A stretch of DNA of 64,000 bases, taken from NCBI GenBank assembly GCA_045660325.1, contig JAZRDO010000019.1, forward strand, positions 496-64,495, in the 5' to 3' direction. Both the position numbers and the translations under genes were made by a program. Shown here one piece after another: positions 15,047 through 26,133 of the stretch. The DNA comes from Eubacteriales bacterium. GTDB taxonomy: Bacteria; Bacillota; Clostridia; Oscillospirales; CAG-272. The number at the start of each line of letters is the position of its first letter. Within the stretch, counting starts at the first letter, position 1. The notes beneath the pieces were generated by a model. The model was not told the origin of the DNA. It did not search any database and saw only the letters and a list, made by a program, of their open reading frames with translations.

Positions 15047-15941
15047 TTAACACCTTAATACCAAAGTACAAAATTACGAGCGCGCCGAGGACGATGCGGT
15101 AAATTCCAAAGGGGATAAAGCTATGCTTCTTTACAAAGTCCATAAGGAACTTGATTACGATCATTGACACACCGAACGCGACAAGGCTCGCTACCGCAAG
15201 CACAATCCACGCTCCGACGGGAACGGTTATACCGTTTTCAAGCACGAACTTTATAAAGCTCAAGCCCTTGATCGCAGACGCGCCAAGCATTGCGGGAACC
15301 CCGAGCAAAAACGAAAATTCCGCCGCGGTCTCACGGGAAATACCCATACATCTTGAGCCCAAGATCGTCGAGCCCGAGCGCGACGAACCGGGCACGATCG
15401 AGAGAGCCTGAAAGCATCCCACGAAAATTGCGTCCCTGTAAGTTAACGCATCAAGAGAATTGACTCTTGCGGCTCTGCTTTTACACACCTTTTCAATTAT
15501 GATAAACGCGATACCGTAAATAATAAGCGCCGCCGACACGACCTGCCAGTTAAATATCCAGCCGTCGATATCCTTACCACTCAATTTTTCAATAAATTTA
15601 TCGCCTATGATTCCCACAAACGCCGCAGGAATCGACGCGACGATAATTTTTCCCCAGAGGTTGAGGGACGCGCGTCTCTCCGGCGTGCCGCCCTTACTGT
15701 AAAAGGGGTTTATCTTCCGCCAGAAAAGAACCACGACCGCCATAATCGCTCCGAGCTGAATGACCACCTCAAACATACTGCCAAACTCTTCCCTGAACGC
15801 CTCGCCAAGCTCAGGCGCAACGCTGAGGGACAGAAATTCATCAAGCAGGATAAGGTGTCCCGTTGAGCTTACGGGCAGCCATTCGGTTATACCCTCGACG
15901 ATGCCGAAAAGTATAGCCTTCAAAATTTCCAAAACAAACAT
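15039..15941 (-). CDS. uppP: undecaprenyl-diphosphate phosphatase
   Basis: BacA/UppP signature GIVEGITEWLPVSSTGHLIL and PGSSRSGSTI; polytopic membrane protein. Confidence 0.9.
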   Translation of the reverse strand: MFVLEILKAILFGIVEGITEWLPVSSTGHLILLDEFLSLSVAPELGEAFREEFGSMFEVVIQLGAIMAVVVLFWRKINPFYSKGGTPERRASLNLWGKIIVASIPAAFVGIIGDKFIEKLSGKDIDGWIFNWQVVSAALIIYGIAFIIIEKVCKSRAARVNSLDALTYRDAIFVGCFQALSIVPGSSRSGSTILGSRCMGISRETAAEFSFLLGVPAMLGASAIKGLSFIKFVLENGITVPVGAWIVLAVASLVAFGVSMIVIKFLMDFVKKHSFIPFGIYRIVLGALVILYFGIKVLNG

Positions 15942-15950
15942 TATTTCTCC

Positions 15951-17240
15951 TTAGTTTGCAGCTCTCATTATATCTCCCGCACGAACCTCAAAGGGCACTC
16001 TTACCCAGAAGGTCATATACGGATGGGGTGCGGACTCTGCCGCCTCGCCGTTATCAAGATATATTTCGCCAACGTCAAGAGCCGTACCGATTTTCGAGGG
16101 AGAGATTATCTCCGCGCGGTCGCCTACCTTGACTTTATTTTTTTGCTTGAAGCGGTAGAGTCTGCCGCCGGCGTTTTCTATTTCAACGCCTGCCGCCGCA
16201 AGTCTCTCCGTATCCTCTTCAGTATATTCAACCGCAGTCGCAAAATATGATTTTTCTCTTATATAGCCCGTCATTGAGGAAAGCTGAGCATTATCAAAGG
16301 GACGGTCGAGATAAAAGCCCGTCGCGTATTCTCTATGAGAAACGCTGTCAAGCTCACCGAGGATGTCCTTGTTGAATTCATAATTTTCGGGATCAGCAAG
16401 GTAAGAATCTATCGCCATTCTATAACAGTTTGTTACAACCGCCGCATAGTAAGCGGACTTCATTCTACCCTCGATCTTAAAGGAATCTATACCGCACGCG
16501 ATAAGCTCGGGAATATGCTCAACCGTGCACATATCCTTACTTGACATAATAAACGTGCCGAGATTATTCTCCTCGATCGGAATCGGAATATCAGGGCGCT
16601 TCTCCTCATAAAGAGTATATCCCCAACGGCAGGGCTGTGAACATCTGCCGCGGTTTGCATCTCTGCCCGTAAGCATATTGGAGAGCATACATCTACCGCT
16701 GTACGACACACACATAGAGCCGTGAATGAATGCCTCAAGCTCAATGCCCTCGGGAAGAGCATCCTTGATCGCGCGAATCTCGGCGAACGTAAGCTCGCGA
16801 GCCAAAACAAGACGCTTCGCGCCCATAGCGACGTAAGCCAGCGCCGCCTCGGGAGAAACGATGCTCGCCTGTGTTGAAATATGAATTTCCGCGTCTGGCA
16901 TTACCTTTCTTACCGCCGCCATAACGCCGAGATCCGCGATAATAAACGCATCAATTCCCGCGTCCTTTATGGATTCAAGGAACTTGTAAAGCTCGGGGTA
17001 CTCGTCGCCGTGCGGCATTGTGTTGAGCGTAAGATAAAGCTTTTTGCCGCGCTCGTGAGTATATTTTACCGCCTCGTAAAGCTCCTCGTTTGTAAAATTG
17101 TCCGCCGCCGAGCGCATACCGAAGCTCTGACCCGCGCAATAAACCGCATCCGCGCCGTAAAGAAGCGCCGCGCGAAGCTTTTCAAAATTGCCCGCGGGAG
17201 AAAGAAGCTCGACCTTTGTATTCTTTATGTTAGACATCAA
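15951..17240 (-). CDS. peptidase U32 family protein
   Basis: Typical U32 N-terminus (ELLSPAGNFEKLRAALLYGADAVY) and the conserved E-x-F-x-H-G-x-MC-x-SYSGRC motif (EAFIHGSMCVSYSGRC). Confidence 0.85.
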   Translation of the reverse strand: MMSNIKNTKVELLSPAGNFEKLRAALLYGADAVYCAGQSFGMRSAADNFTNEELYEAVKYTHERGKKLYLTLNTMPHGDEYPELYKFLESIKDAGIDAFIIADLGVMAAVRKVMPDAEIHISTQASIVSPEAALAYVAMGAKRLVLARELTFAEIRAIKDALPEGIELEAFIHGSMCVSYSGRCMLSNMLTGRDANRGRCSQPCRWGYTLYEEKRPDIPIPIEENNLGTFIMSSKDMCTVEHIPELIACGIDSFKIEGRMKSAYYAAVVTNCYRMAIDSYLADPENYEFNKDILGELDSVSHREYATGFYLDRPFDNAQLSSMTGYIREKSYFATAVEYTEEDTERLAAAGVEIENAGGRLYRFKQKNKVKVGDRAEIISPSKIGTALDVGEIYLDNGEAAESAPHPYMTFWVRVPFEVRAGDIMRAAN

Positions 17241-17250
17241 ATTACCTCAA

Positions 17251-17823
17251 TTATTTTTTCTTTTTCTTTTTTGCCGCCGAGAATCCGAACGAGCCGATTT
17301 TTTTACCAAGCTCGAAATATTCTCCATGGGCATACGCCGTAAGATTCGCCTTGTCAAGACGGAGCTTTCCGTTCTTGTCAATTATGGATTCGTCAACACT
17401 CACACCTACAATATCCGCAAGGAACATATCGTGAGTGCCAAGCTCAATTATATCGAACACGCGACATTCAAGCGAGAGGGGGGATTCTCCGATAAGAGGG
17501 CAGGATACGTTCTGCGCCGCTTCCTTTGTAAAATTACACTTTTTGAATTTGTCAACCTTCTTGCCCGTGTAAATTCCGCAATAATCCGCCTGCTTGACAA
17601 GATTTGTAGGAGTCAGATTAATGACAAATTCACCGCTCTCCTTGATAAGATTATAAGAATGGCGGCTCTTACGTACCGAAATATAGGTTTTCGGCGGAAT
17701 CGTATTGATAATTCCCGTCCAGCCGACCGTAAGAATATTCGAGTTTTCCATATCCCCGCAGCTGACCATAACGGGCGGCACGGGTGCTAACAGTGCCCCG
17801 CCCTTCCAATTTACCTTTGCCAT
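17251..17823 (-). CDS. flavin reductase-like domain protein
   Basis: Flavin_Reduct-like pattern (PPVMVSCG...NILTVGWTG...SRHSYNLI). Ends in a lysine run. Confidence 0.7.
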   Translation of the reverse strand: MAKVNWKGGALLAPVPPVMVSCGDMENSNILTVGWTGIINTIPPKTYISVRKSRHSYNLIKESGEFVINLTPTNLVKQADYCGIYTGKKVDKFKKCNFTKEAAQNVSCPLIGESPLSLECRVFDIIELGTHDMFLADIVGVSVDESIIDKNGKLRLDKANLTAYAHGEYFELGKKIGSFGFSAAKKKKKK

Positions 17824-17877
17824 AAAGCCATCCTTTCGTTTTTACGTACGGCAGGCGGCAAAGCTGCCGCCCACTCA

Positions 17878-19026
17878 TCAATTAAAGCATCTTGAAACTA
17901 CGTCCTCAAGCATAGCGCCCGTAAGACAACCCGAGCCGCCGTCAAGTCGGGAGTTCTTCATATATATACCCGTAACCTTGTTTACGGGGTCGACCCAGAA
18001 ATGTGTTCCGTACGCGCCGCTCCAACCGAAAGCGCCAACGGGAAGACGGGCATAGCATTCCATAGTGATAACTCGCACGCCAAGTCCCCAGATCTGATGA
18101 ACAGGCATAACCTCGGGAGGAAGCTGAGGTGTGCGCATCTCACGTGCCGCCGCCTCGGAGAGAATTCTTACGTCCCCTCTCTTACCGTCGCCGAGAAGCA
18201 TTTCCGCAAATTTCAAATAGTCCGCCGCAGTGGATGCAAGTCCCGCGCCGCCGCAGTAATATGTAGTCGGGAAGTTGCCGAATACACAGCCCGCATCAAA
18301 ATAATCGTCGATATTTTCGCCATCCTTTACGGCAAACATACCTACCATTCTATCAAACTGCTCCTCTGTGGGAGTAAACGTCGTATCTACCATGCCGAGA
18401 GGCTCTGTGATCTCTTCCTTTACAAACTCGGCAAAGGTCTTGCCCGTAACGATCTCAATAATTCTCGCAACAACGTCAAGACCGACCACGGGGCTGTAAA
18501 ATTCCTTCTTGCCGGGCTCAAATGCCATCGGCTGATTCGCGTGATAATTAACCACGCTCTCAAGTGTCATATCGGGAGTTACACCCATAGTGTTGAATAT
18601 TTTGTCTCCAATCGGGAACGTACCGATACCGCTGGAGTGGGAAAGACAATGTCTTATCGTAGGCTGAGTGGGGCTTATACCGAGAGAGACGATCTTTCCG
18701 TTTTCATCAAACTGACCGATCTCCATATCCTTGTATTCGGGAATGTACTTTTCAATTCTGTCGTCAAGAGAAATAAGTCCTCTGTCAACGCAGATAAGAG
18801 CCGCAGTCGCGGTAATGGGCTTGGTCATAGATGCCAGACGGAACATTGTATCCATCTTGGGAGGCTCTCCGCAGCCCGCGTGCTCCTCACCGAAGGCGCC
18901 CTCAAAAAGAAGCTCGTCGCCCTGCTTTACCAAAACGATCGCGTGGCCCGTTCTCTTGTATTCAATGTCCTCGGCTACCTGCTTTTCAATAAGCTCTTTT
19001 AACTTGTCTTTATTTAATATTCTCAT
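17878..19026 (-). CDS. serine hydrolase, beta-lactamase (class C/PBP4*-like) family
   Basis: SxxK active-site motif (ASMTKPITA) and overall family resemblance. Confidence 0.8.
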   Translation of the reverse strand: MRILNKDKLKELIEKQVAEDIEYKRTGHAIVLVKQGDELLFEGAFGEEHAGCGEPPKMDTMFRLASMTKPITATAALICVDRGLISLDDRIEKYIPEYKDMEIGQFDENGKIVSLGISPTQPTIRHCLSHSSGIGTFPIGDKIFNTMGVTPDMTLESVVNYHANQPMAFEPGKKEFYSPVVGLDVVARIIEIVTGKTFAEFVKEEITEPLGMVDTTFTPTEEQFDRMVGMFAVKDGENIDDYFDAGCVFGNFPTTYYCGGAGLASTAADYLKFAEMLLGDGKRGDVRILSEAAAREMRTPQLPPEVMPVHQIWGLGVRVITMECYARLPVGAFGWSGAYGTHFWVDPVNKVTGIYMKNSRLDGGSGCLTGAMLEDVVSRCFN

Positions 19027-19055
19027 AACTGTCCTCGAAATATTTACAAAAATTT

Positions 19056-20489
19056 TTACTTGCAGAGAAGCTCAAGCAGAATGTCGTATATCTTCTGGCA
19101 GGAAGCTACGTCCGCTCTTTCCTTAGGGGAATGAATGTCAATTAGATTAGGGCCTACCGAAATAATATCGAGTCTGCCTCCCGTCTTGGAGGAAATGATA
19201 CCGCACTCAAGTCCCGCGTGGATAACGCCAACGGTCGGTCTTGTGCCGAAAAGTCTTTCGTGCACGTCAATATATTCCTCGCGCAAGGGGGATTTCTGCG
19301 CGTATTCCCAACCGGGATAACGGGAATGGTGGGAAACCTCAGCTCCGAGCATTTTGCCAAAGATATCAAGCTCTCTCTGCGACGCGTCAAGCTGAGCCTC
19401 AAGAGAGGAGCGAGTTGAGAAGGAGAAGATAACCTTTCCTTCAACCGTCTCGATAATACCGAGATTTCGGGAGAACTCAACAAGTCCCGCGATATCGTTG
19501 CTCATCTTAATTACACCCGTCTTGACCGCGCACATAAATCCGATAATTTTCTCAGCCGCCGCGCGATCAATTGCAACCGCCTTACCTTCGGCATCCTCAA
19601 GCGTTACCGTAAATCCCGCGTCAAGGGCGCAAAGCTCCTTCTTTACGCTTTCCTCAAAGCGCATAATAGCTTCAATTACGTCCTTTTCGTTTCCGTCAAT
19701 ACCAAGTGTCGCATAGCACTCGCGCGCGATAGCATTGTCCTTGCCCGCGCAGGTAATATCAATAAGTGAAATTCCGCATTCTGAATAAAGCTTTGTGAGA
19801 AGTCTACCCATAAGAGTTACCGCACTCACTCTGCCCGAATTTATATCCGCGCCCGAATGACCGCCCATAAGTCCCTTAATGGCAAGCTTATAAGCGCATA
19901 CCTCGCCTTCTCTTTCAAAGGGTATCTCTACGTCAGTTCTATGACCGCCCGCACAGCCTGCGGTAACCGCCATATCCTCCTCACTGTCGAGGTTTATCAT
20001 TCTTTTCGCAGTAATTTTATCCGTATCAAAGCCGCGCGCGCCCTCAAGTCCCGTTTCCTCGCAAACCGTAAAGAGCATCTCTATCTCGGGCTTTGTTTCT
20101 TCATCAAGGAGAGCGAGCATAAACGCGACAGCAATTCCGTTGTCCGCGCCGAGAGTCGTACCTTCCGCGCCAATATATCCGTCGCGATAGAAAAGCTTTA
20201 AGCCGTCAGAAAGAAAATCGTGCTCAACGTCGGAATTCTTCTCGCACACCATATCGGTATGTCCCTGCAAAAGCACGGGCTCAAGATTTTCGCATCCCGC
20301 CGCCGCAGGCTTTGTCAAAAATACGTTACCAAGCGCATCCACCTGCGCCTCAATTCCACGCTTAGCCGCAAAATCAACAATATATTCTGCCACGCCCGAT
20401 TCGTTTCCCGAGCCGTGAGGAATAGCGCAGATATCCTCAAAAATATTAAATACACGCGTATGCTTTACGCCACTAACAACATAATTCAT
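19056..20489 (-). CDS. pepD: aminoacyl-histidine dipeptidase (PepD, M20 family)
   Basis: N-terminal FEDICAIPHGSGNE, LQGHTDMV and GADNGIAVA motifs. Start set to ATG 20489, preceded by GGAG, because the longer ORF overlaps mreB. Confidence 0.85.
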   Translation of the reverse strand: MNYVVSGVKHTRVFNIFEDICAIPHGSGNESGVAEYIVDFAAKRGIEAQVDALGNVFLTKPAAAGCENLEPVLLQGHTDMVCEKNSDVEHDFLSDGLKLFYRDGYIGAEGTTLGADNGIAVAFMLALLDEETKPEIEMLFTVCEETGLEGARGFDTDKITAKRMINLDSEEDMAVTAGCAGGHRTDVEIPFEREGEVCAYKLAIKGLMGGHSGADINSGRVSAVTLMGRLLTKLYSECGISLIDITCAGKDNAIARECYATLGIDGNEKDVIEAIMRFEESVKKELCALDAGFTVTLEDAEGKAVAIDRAAAEKIIGFMCAVKTGVIKMSNDIAGLVEFSRNLGIIETVEGKVIFSFSTRSSLEAQLDASQRELDIFGKMLGAEVSHHSRYPGWEYAQKSPLREEYIDVHERLFGTRPTVGVIHAGLECGIISSKTGGRLDIISVGPNLIDIHSPKERADVASCQKIYDILLELLCK

Positions 20490-20509
20490 AAAATACTCCG
20501 ACAAATAAA

Positions 20510-21532
20510 TTATCTCTTTTTTCCATCGGCATCCTCGCCGATCTTCTTCATACCGCGAAGCTTCTTGCCAGTACCGAGAACAACGCAATCGCCGGGCTTC
20601 TCCGCAACGTAGGTATGTATTCCCGTAACCTTGGAAATAAGCTTATCAAGACCGCCGAGCATACTGCCGCCGCCGACGAGCACGATTCCGTTATGCAAAA
20701 TGTCACCGACAAGCTCGGGAGGAGTCTTCTCAATCACCTCGCAAATACCGTCGATAAGCGCGGTCATGGGACGGAAGGTCGCTCCGATCATTTCCTTGGA
20801 GCTTAAATTTATAACTCTGGGAAGACCCGTCGCAAGATCTCTTCCCTTTACCTCAACGATTCTCGTATCGTCGTGCTCAAACACCTCACCGATAGCGATC
20901 TTAACGCTCTCGGCAGTTCTCTCGCCTATAAGCACACCGTAATTGTCGCGCACGTACTGAACGATCGCCTCGTTGAACTGGTCGCCGCCGACCTTAATTG
21001 ACTTAGATTCAACGATACCGCCAAGCGAAATAACCGCAATCTCAGTTACACCGCCGCCGATATCAACTATCATATTGCCAACGGGAGTGTCAATATTAAG
21101 TCCCGCTCCAAGAGCGCCCGCAATAGGAGCCTCAAGCAGGAACGCGCGTCGCGCACCCGCCTCAAGAGCCGCGTCTTCAATAGCGCGTCTCTCCACCTCG
21201 GTCATCTTGGTCGGCACCGCAATAACGAGTCTCGGCGCCAAAAGAGTATTCTTACAGGAGCGGCGGATAAAGTACTGAAGCATCTTTAACGTTACCTCGT
21301 ACTCGTTTATAACTCCGTCCTTAAGAGGTCTTGTGGCAACTATATTATCAGGAGTTCTACCGATCATTTGCTGAGCCTCGCGGCCAACCTTGATTATCTT
21401 ATCTATTGAATTGTCGATAGCCACGACGGACGGCTCACGGGCAACGATTCCCTTGCCCTCAACGTAAACAAGCACGGTCGCACTGCCGAGGTCTATTCCT
21501 ATGTCTCTGCTGAGAATTAAATTCTTGAACAC
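20510..21532 (-). CDS. mreB: rod-shape determining protein MreB/Mbl
   Basis: Actin-fold motifs DIGIDLGSATVLVY and DIGGGVTEIAVISLGG. Confidence 0.9.
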   Translation of the reverse strand: MFKNLILSRDIGIDLGSATVLVYVEGKGIVAREPSVVAIDNSIDKIIKVGREAQQMIGRTPDNIVATRPLKDGVINEYEVTLKMLQYFIRRSCKNTLLAPRLVIAVPTKMTEVERRAIEDAALEAGARRAFLLEAPIAGALGAGLNIDTPVGNMIVDIGGGVTEIAVISLGGIVESKSIKVGGDQFNEAIVQYVRDNYGVLIGERTAESVKIAIGEVFEHDDTRIVEVKGRDLATGLPRVINLSSKEMIGATFRPMTALIDGICEVIEKTPPELVGDILHNGIVLVGGGSMLGGLDKLISKVTGIHTYVAEKPGDCVVLGTGKKLRGMKKIGEDADGKKR

Positions 21533-21713
21533 TTAATTCACCTCATAAATTTATTTATGACTAAATATAGTTATACATAATAATTATACACCATAAAGAC
21601 TATAAAAGTCAATTCTTTTTTTGCATTTGAAGCGTAAAATTGCTAAAAGTCAAGATAAAGCAACAAAAAACAACCGCGTCATCAAACACGGTTGTTTTTA
21701 CGTTTTATTTATC

Positions 21714-22464
21714 CTATACGCTTCTGGCAACACAAGCGAAAATCACTCTCTCGGCTCCGCCCGATATAAGAAGCCTCTCAGCCACTGACATCGTAGCTCC
21801 GCTGGTTATCACGTCGTCGATAACACACACGGTCTTACCCGAAAGCTTGACTCTACCCTTGAGCCGTAAACTATCTTCAAGATTCCTTTGTCTTTGAATT
21901 ACATTCAATTTCTTTTGCTCGTTGCCGCCGCGACGGACTATGAGCGACTTGAAGCATCCCCTCCTGCCAAGCTCACACGCGGTATATAGCGCGAGCCGCT
22001 TGCCCTGATCAAAGCCGTCCTTATTTATTGACTCTTGCCTTCTCGGAACGTACGTGAATATACATAAATCGGGATCTATTCCCTCTTTTCCGAGCATATT
22101 ATTAACGCTTGAGGCAAGCTCGCGCGCCAAAAATCGGGAAAATCTCTTATCATCCCTGTGCTTTAAGGAATAAATAATTTTATTATGCGTTCCCCTTATC
22201 CTGATCGGGCTTGTAATAAAAGCATTTCGCTATGGGAGCTATCTCTCGCCTGCCGATCTTAGCGCCGCAAAGACAAGATGAGACCGCGCGGTTACACTCA
22301 CCGCAAACCGCGTAAAATCCCGTTTCATAATTTGGACGACATTTATCGCAAAGACAGTTAAGAAACAAAATATTATCTGCGACGTCTATCCTTCTTCCGC
22401 ACACCATACACCTCGGCGGGAAAAGAAGATTCAACGTCATATTCTTAAATTCCGTAATTTTCAT
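21714..22464 (-). pseudogene. comFC: ComF-family protein (ComFC-like phosphoribosyltransferase) interrupted by a +1 frameshift
   Basis: The N-terminal Zn-finger ORF (22183-22464: CMVCGRR...CDKC...CGEC) and the C-terminal PRTase ORF (VCVIDDVITSGATM) lie in different frames. The second frame reads ...GTHNKIIYSLKHRDDKRFSRFLAREL upstream of its listed start. The frames join at a G4 run (C4 on plus, 22192-22195). Confidence 0.75.
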
Positions 22465-22465
22465 A

Positions 22466-24700
22466 TTATTGATTGATAATTCGGTTTACAAGACAGGTAT
22501 AACGCTCGGTAAAGCTATTATTCTTGACCATTCTCTCGATCACATCCTCTAAGCCCACGAGAATTACCATTTTTTGTGCCCTTGTCACCGCGGTATAAAA
22601 GAGATTTCTTGTCAGAAGCATGGGGGCCGCCCTGTAAAGCGGAATGATAACGATAGGATACTCCGAGCCCTGGGATTTATGTACGGTAATAGCGTAGGAA
22701 TGCTCAAGCTCGTCAACGCTTGACATGTCATACCTTACCGTCTTATCATCAAAAGAGACCTCAAGATACGACTCTTCCGCGTTTATCTTTTCGATAACTC
22801 CGCAGTCGCCGTTAAATACTCCCATTCCCGTGCTGCCGTCCTCGCGCCACCACTCTATCTCGTAATTATTCTTTATTTGCATAACGCGATCTCCCTCGCG
22901 GAAAACCACGTCGCGGTATTTAAATTCCTTTTTATACTTATTTCCGGGATTGAGCGCCTCCTTAAGCAAAACATTAAGATGCTCGCATCCCGCCTCGCCC
23001 TTTCTCGACGGAGAAATGACCTGCGCCGCCTCACCCATCTCCCCGTACGCGCGCGGAAGTCGGGTCTTGCACAGCTCAACGACGGTTGAGGATATTTCCC
23101 TTTCGCTATTTCGGGGCAAATAGAAAAAGTCGTTGTTCTTAACTGTTACATTCGGCATCTCACCGCGATTTATCGCGTGCGCGTTGGTTATTATCAGGGA
23201 TTCCTCCGCCTGACGGAAGATCTCGTTGAGTCGCACGGTAGAAAATCTTTCGCTCTTAATAATATCCGAAAGAATATTTCCCGCGCCAACACTCGGGAGC
23301 TGATCAGCGTCCCCGATAAGGATAAGTCGAGCGCCCGGTTTTATTGCCTTGAGAAGAGCACACATAAGGGCATTATCTATCATCGACGCCTCATCGATAA
23401 TGATAACCTCCTCCTCGAGCAGATCGGTCTCGTTTCTTCTAAATCCCGTCTCTCCATCATCCGTACCAAATTCATATTCAAGCAAACGGTGAATAGTTCG
23501 CGCGTCGTGTGAAGTAGATTCCGAAAGACGCTTTGCGGCTCTACCCGTAGGCGCGGCGAGCGCCACCTTCATTCCCATACTGTCAAAAATACCGAGAAGT
23601 GCCTTAACGATCGTCGTCTTACCAGTACCCGGTCCGCCCGTAAGCACCATAACGCCGCCCTCAAGCGCCGCTAATATCGCTTTTTTCTGAAGCGTCGCGT
23701 ACGTAATGCCCGAGCGCGCCTCTTCCTTAGCGATAAAAGCATTTATGTCACTTATATCCACTCTCGGACACACCTTGTCGAGAAGCGTAAGCTTGAGCGC
23801 GATGAACTTTTCGCAATAGTCCGAATTTCGGTCAAAGATAAATTCCTTACCGTCAAGTCGGTAATTTTTAAGCTTACCCATATCGAGCATTCCTTCAATA
23901 CAGCCCTCAACACAATCCGCATCTGCATCAAGTATTTTAGCCGCCTCGCGCACGAGAGTATCTCTCGGAAGACACGTGTTTCCGTTTTGCGCGCCGACGT
24001 TCGTCAAAACGTAGAGAATGCCTGCGGAAAGTCGCGCGGCGGAGTTTCTCTCCATACCGAGCTTTCTTGCCATACTGTCGGATTTTTCAAATCCGATGCC
24101 GTCGATTTCCTCGCAAAGTCTGTAAGGATTTGCCTTTGCAACGTCAATTGCCGCCGCGCCCCATCTCTTGTAGATCTTAATAGTAAGCGCCGCGCCGAAA
24201 TATTCGCGGAAGAATATCATAGCCGAGCGAATGCCCGCCTTTTCCTTGAATTCCTCGCAAATAGCCTTCGCCTTCTTCCTACTCATTCCGGGAATATCCG
24301 AAAGCCATTCGGGATGATTTTCCATAACGTCAAGAGTGTTATCGCCAAACTCGTTTACTATCTTTTCGGCGGTCTTCTTGCCCACACCCTTGATAGCTCC
24401 CGAGGAAAGATAGCGAAGGATCGCCATCGCGTTCGCGGGAAGCTCCTTTTCATATTCCTCCACGGCAAACTGTCTGCCGTATCTGGGATTGTGCTTCCAC
24501 TCGCCCCACACGGTAAGTCTGTCTCCCTCCGCAAGATACGGCATAATGCCCGTAATCGTTACTATATCGTCGTCATCGGTACCGAGGTCGCACACGGTAT
24601 AGCCATTTTCTTCGTTAGCATAAATAATGCCCTCAACACAGCCCGTGAGCTTTTCGAGCTTGTCTCTTATGTCGTTGTCGAAATTTATGTATTCTTCCAT
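22466..24700 (-). CDS. recD2: RecD2-like SF1 ATP-dependent DNA helicase
   Basis: Walker A LTGGPGTGKTT, IIIDEASM, GDADQLPSVGAG, and an N-terminal HhH region. Start ATG 24700 is preceded by AGGAG. Confidence 0.85.
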   Translation of the reverse strand: MEEYINFDNDIRDKLEKLTGCVEGIIYANEENGYTVCDLGTDDDDIVTITGIMPYLAEGDRLTVWGEWKHNPRYGRQFAVEEYEKELPANAMAILRYLSSGAIKGVGKKTAEKIVNEFGDNTLDVMENHPEWLSDIPGMSRKKAKAICEEFKEKAGIRSAMIFFREYFGAALTIKIYKRWGAAAIDVAKANPYRLCEEIDGIGFEKSDSMARKLGMERNSAARLSAGILYVLTNVGAQNGNTCLPRDTLVREAAKILDADADCVEGCIEGMLDMGKLKNYRLDGKEFIFDRNSDYCEKFIALKLTLLDKVCPRVDISDINAFIAKEEARSGITYATLQKKAILAALEGGVMVLTGGPGTGKTTIVKALLGIFDSMGMKVALAAPTGRAAKRLSESTSHDARTIHRLLEYEFGTDDGETGFRRNETDLLEEEVIIIDEASMIDNALMCALLKAIKPGARLILIGDADQLPSVGAGNILSDIIKSERFSTVRLNEIFRQAEESLIITNAHAINRGEMPNVTVKNNDFFYLPRNSEREISSTVVELCKTRLPRAYGEMGEAAQVISPSRKGEAGCEHLNVLLKEALNPGNKYKKEFKYRDVVFREGDRVMQIKNNYEIEWWREDGSTGMGVFNGDCGVIEKINAEESYLEVSFDDKTVRYDMSSVDELEHSYAITVHKSQGSEYPIVIIPLYRAAPMLLTRNLFYTAVTRAQKMVILVGLEDVIERMVKNNSFTERYTCLVNRIINQ

Positions 24701-24882
24701 TGTGCGATCTCCTTTCCGCTTTGCGCCATTACACAAAGCAACTGTGTTTGCCTGAAGCAATACCTCTGTCGCGTAGCGATAATATAACTTTATGATAGAA
24801 AGAGGGAAAACCCACTTGTGTGTTTTCCCTCTTTCGGCTACGCCGAGCCGTAAAGACGGCTTGAGCGAAACTTTTAATTAAA

Positions 24883-26070
24883 TCAAAACTCTGCCTTGAG
24901 CTTTTCCGCAAGGTCGAGCTTTTCCCAAGGCGCTTCGGATGCGTCTCTGCCCATGTGACCGTAAGCTGCGAGGTTGCAGTAAATAGGACGGCGGAGATCA
25001 AAGTCACGGATAATTGCCGCAGGACGAAGGTCGCAATACTTTTGGGCAGCCTCGGAGATCTTAGCCTCATCAACCTTTGCTGTGCCGAACGTATCAACCA
25101 TTACGGATACGGGACGAGCTACACCGATAGCGTAAGCAAGCTGGATCTCGCACTTGGAAGCAAGGCCTGCCGCTACAATGTTCTTTGCAATATATCTTGC
25201 AGCATAGCAAGCGGAACGGTCAACCTTTGTCGGGTCCTTACCGGAGAACGCGCCACCGCCGTGACGAGCATATCCGCCGTATGTGTCAACGATAATCTTT
25301 CTACCTGTAAGACCTGTGTCGCCTGCAGGGCCACCGATAACGAATCTGCCTGTGGGATTAACGTAGATCTTTGTCTCTGCGTCCATAAGCTTTTCATCAA
25401 TAATGGGCTTGATAACGTGCTCGATAACGTCAGCTCTGATCTGCTCAAGTGTTACAGTATCACTGTGCTGAGAGGAAACAACAATTGTGTCAACTCTTAC
25501 AGGTACGTCATCGTGGTATTCAACAGTAACCTGAGTCTTACCGTCGGGACGGAGATAGTCAAGTGTGCCGTTCTTGCGAACTGCAGTAAGCTGCTTTGCA
25601 AGCTTGTGAGCGAGAGAGATAGGAAGGGGCATAAGCTCGGGAGTTTCATCACAAGCATAGCCGAACATAAGACCCTGGTCGCCTGCGCCTGTGTCAAGAC
25701 CGTCGTTATCTGTTCCCTCTTTTGCCTCGTAAGACTTATCAACACCCATAGCGATGTCGGGGGACTGCTCGTGAATAGAGCTGATAACCGCGCAGGAATC
25801 ACAGTCAAAGCCGAACTTCGCTCTTGTATAACCGATTTCTCTTACTGTTTCGCGAACGATTGTCTGAATATCAACGTATGCGCTTGTTGTGATCTCACCC
25901 ATAACGGATACAAGACCCGTTGTACAGAACGTTTCACAAGCTACGCGAGCTGCGGGGTCCTGACGGAGAATCTCGTCGAGGATCGCGTCGGAAATTTTGT
26001 CGGAAATTTTGTCGGGATGTCCTTCAGTTACGGACTCCGATGTAAAAAGTACCTTTTTAATGTTTGCCAT
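24883..26070 (-). CDS. metK: S-adenosylmethionine synthetase
   Basis: [28 protein letters not shown] and [16 protein letters not shown] motifs. Start ATG 26070 (MANIKK). Confidence 0.95.
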   Translation of the reverse strand: MANIKKVLFTSESVTEGHPDKISDKISDAILDEILRQDPAARVACETFCTTGLVSVMGEITTSAYVDIQTIVRETVREIGYTRAKFGFDCDSCAVISSIHEQSPDIAMGVDKSYEAKEGTDNDGLDTGAGDQGLMFGYACDETPELMPLPISLAHKLAKQLTAVRKNGTLDYLRPDGKTQVTVEYHDDVPVRVDTIVVSSQHSDTVTLEQIRADVIEHVIKPIIDEKLMDAETKIYVNPTGRFVIGGPAGDTGLTGRKIIVDTYGGYARHGGGAFSGKDPTKVDRSACYAARYIAKNIVAAGLASKCEIQLAYAIGVARPVSVMVDTFGTAKVDEAKISEAAQKYCDLRPAAIIRDFDLRRPIYCNLAAYGHMGRDASEAPWEKLDLAEKLKAEF

Positions 26071-26133
26071 TTTCTTTTGCCTTTCTTTTATATACCTTTT
26101 ATTTTTAAACTGATTTAATTTATCAAGAAAGCG

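Noticed and set aside
17251-17275. Poly-lysine tail (KKKKKK) of the flavin-reductase-like protein as a possible frameshift or slippery site.
   Set aside because: The frame ends cleanly at a TAA after the lysine codon run (AAA AAG AAA AAG AAA AAA). There is no continuing homologous frame downstream, and short basic tails are common.
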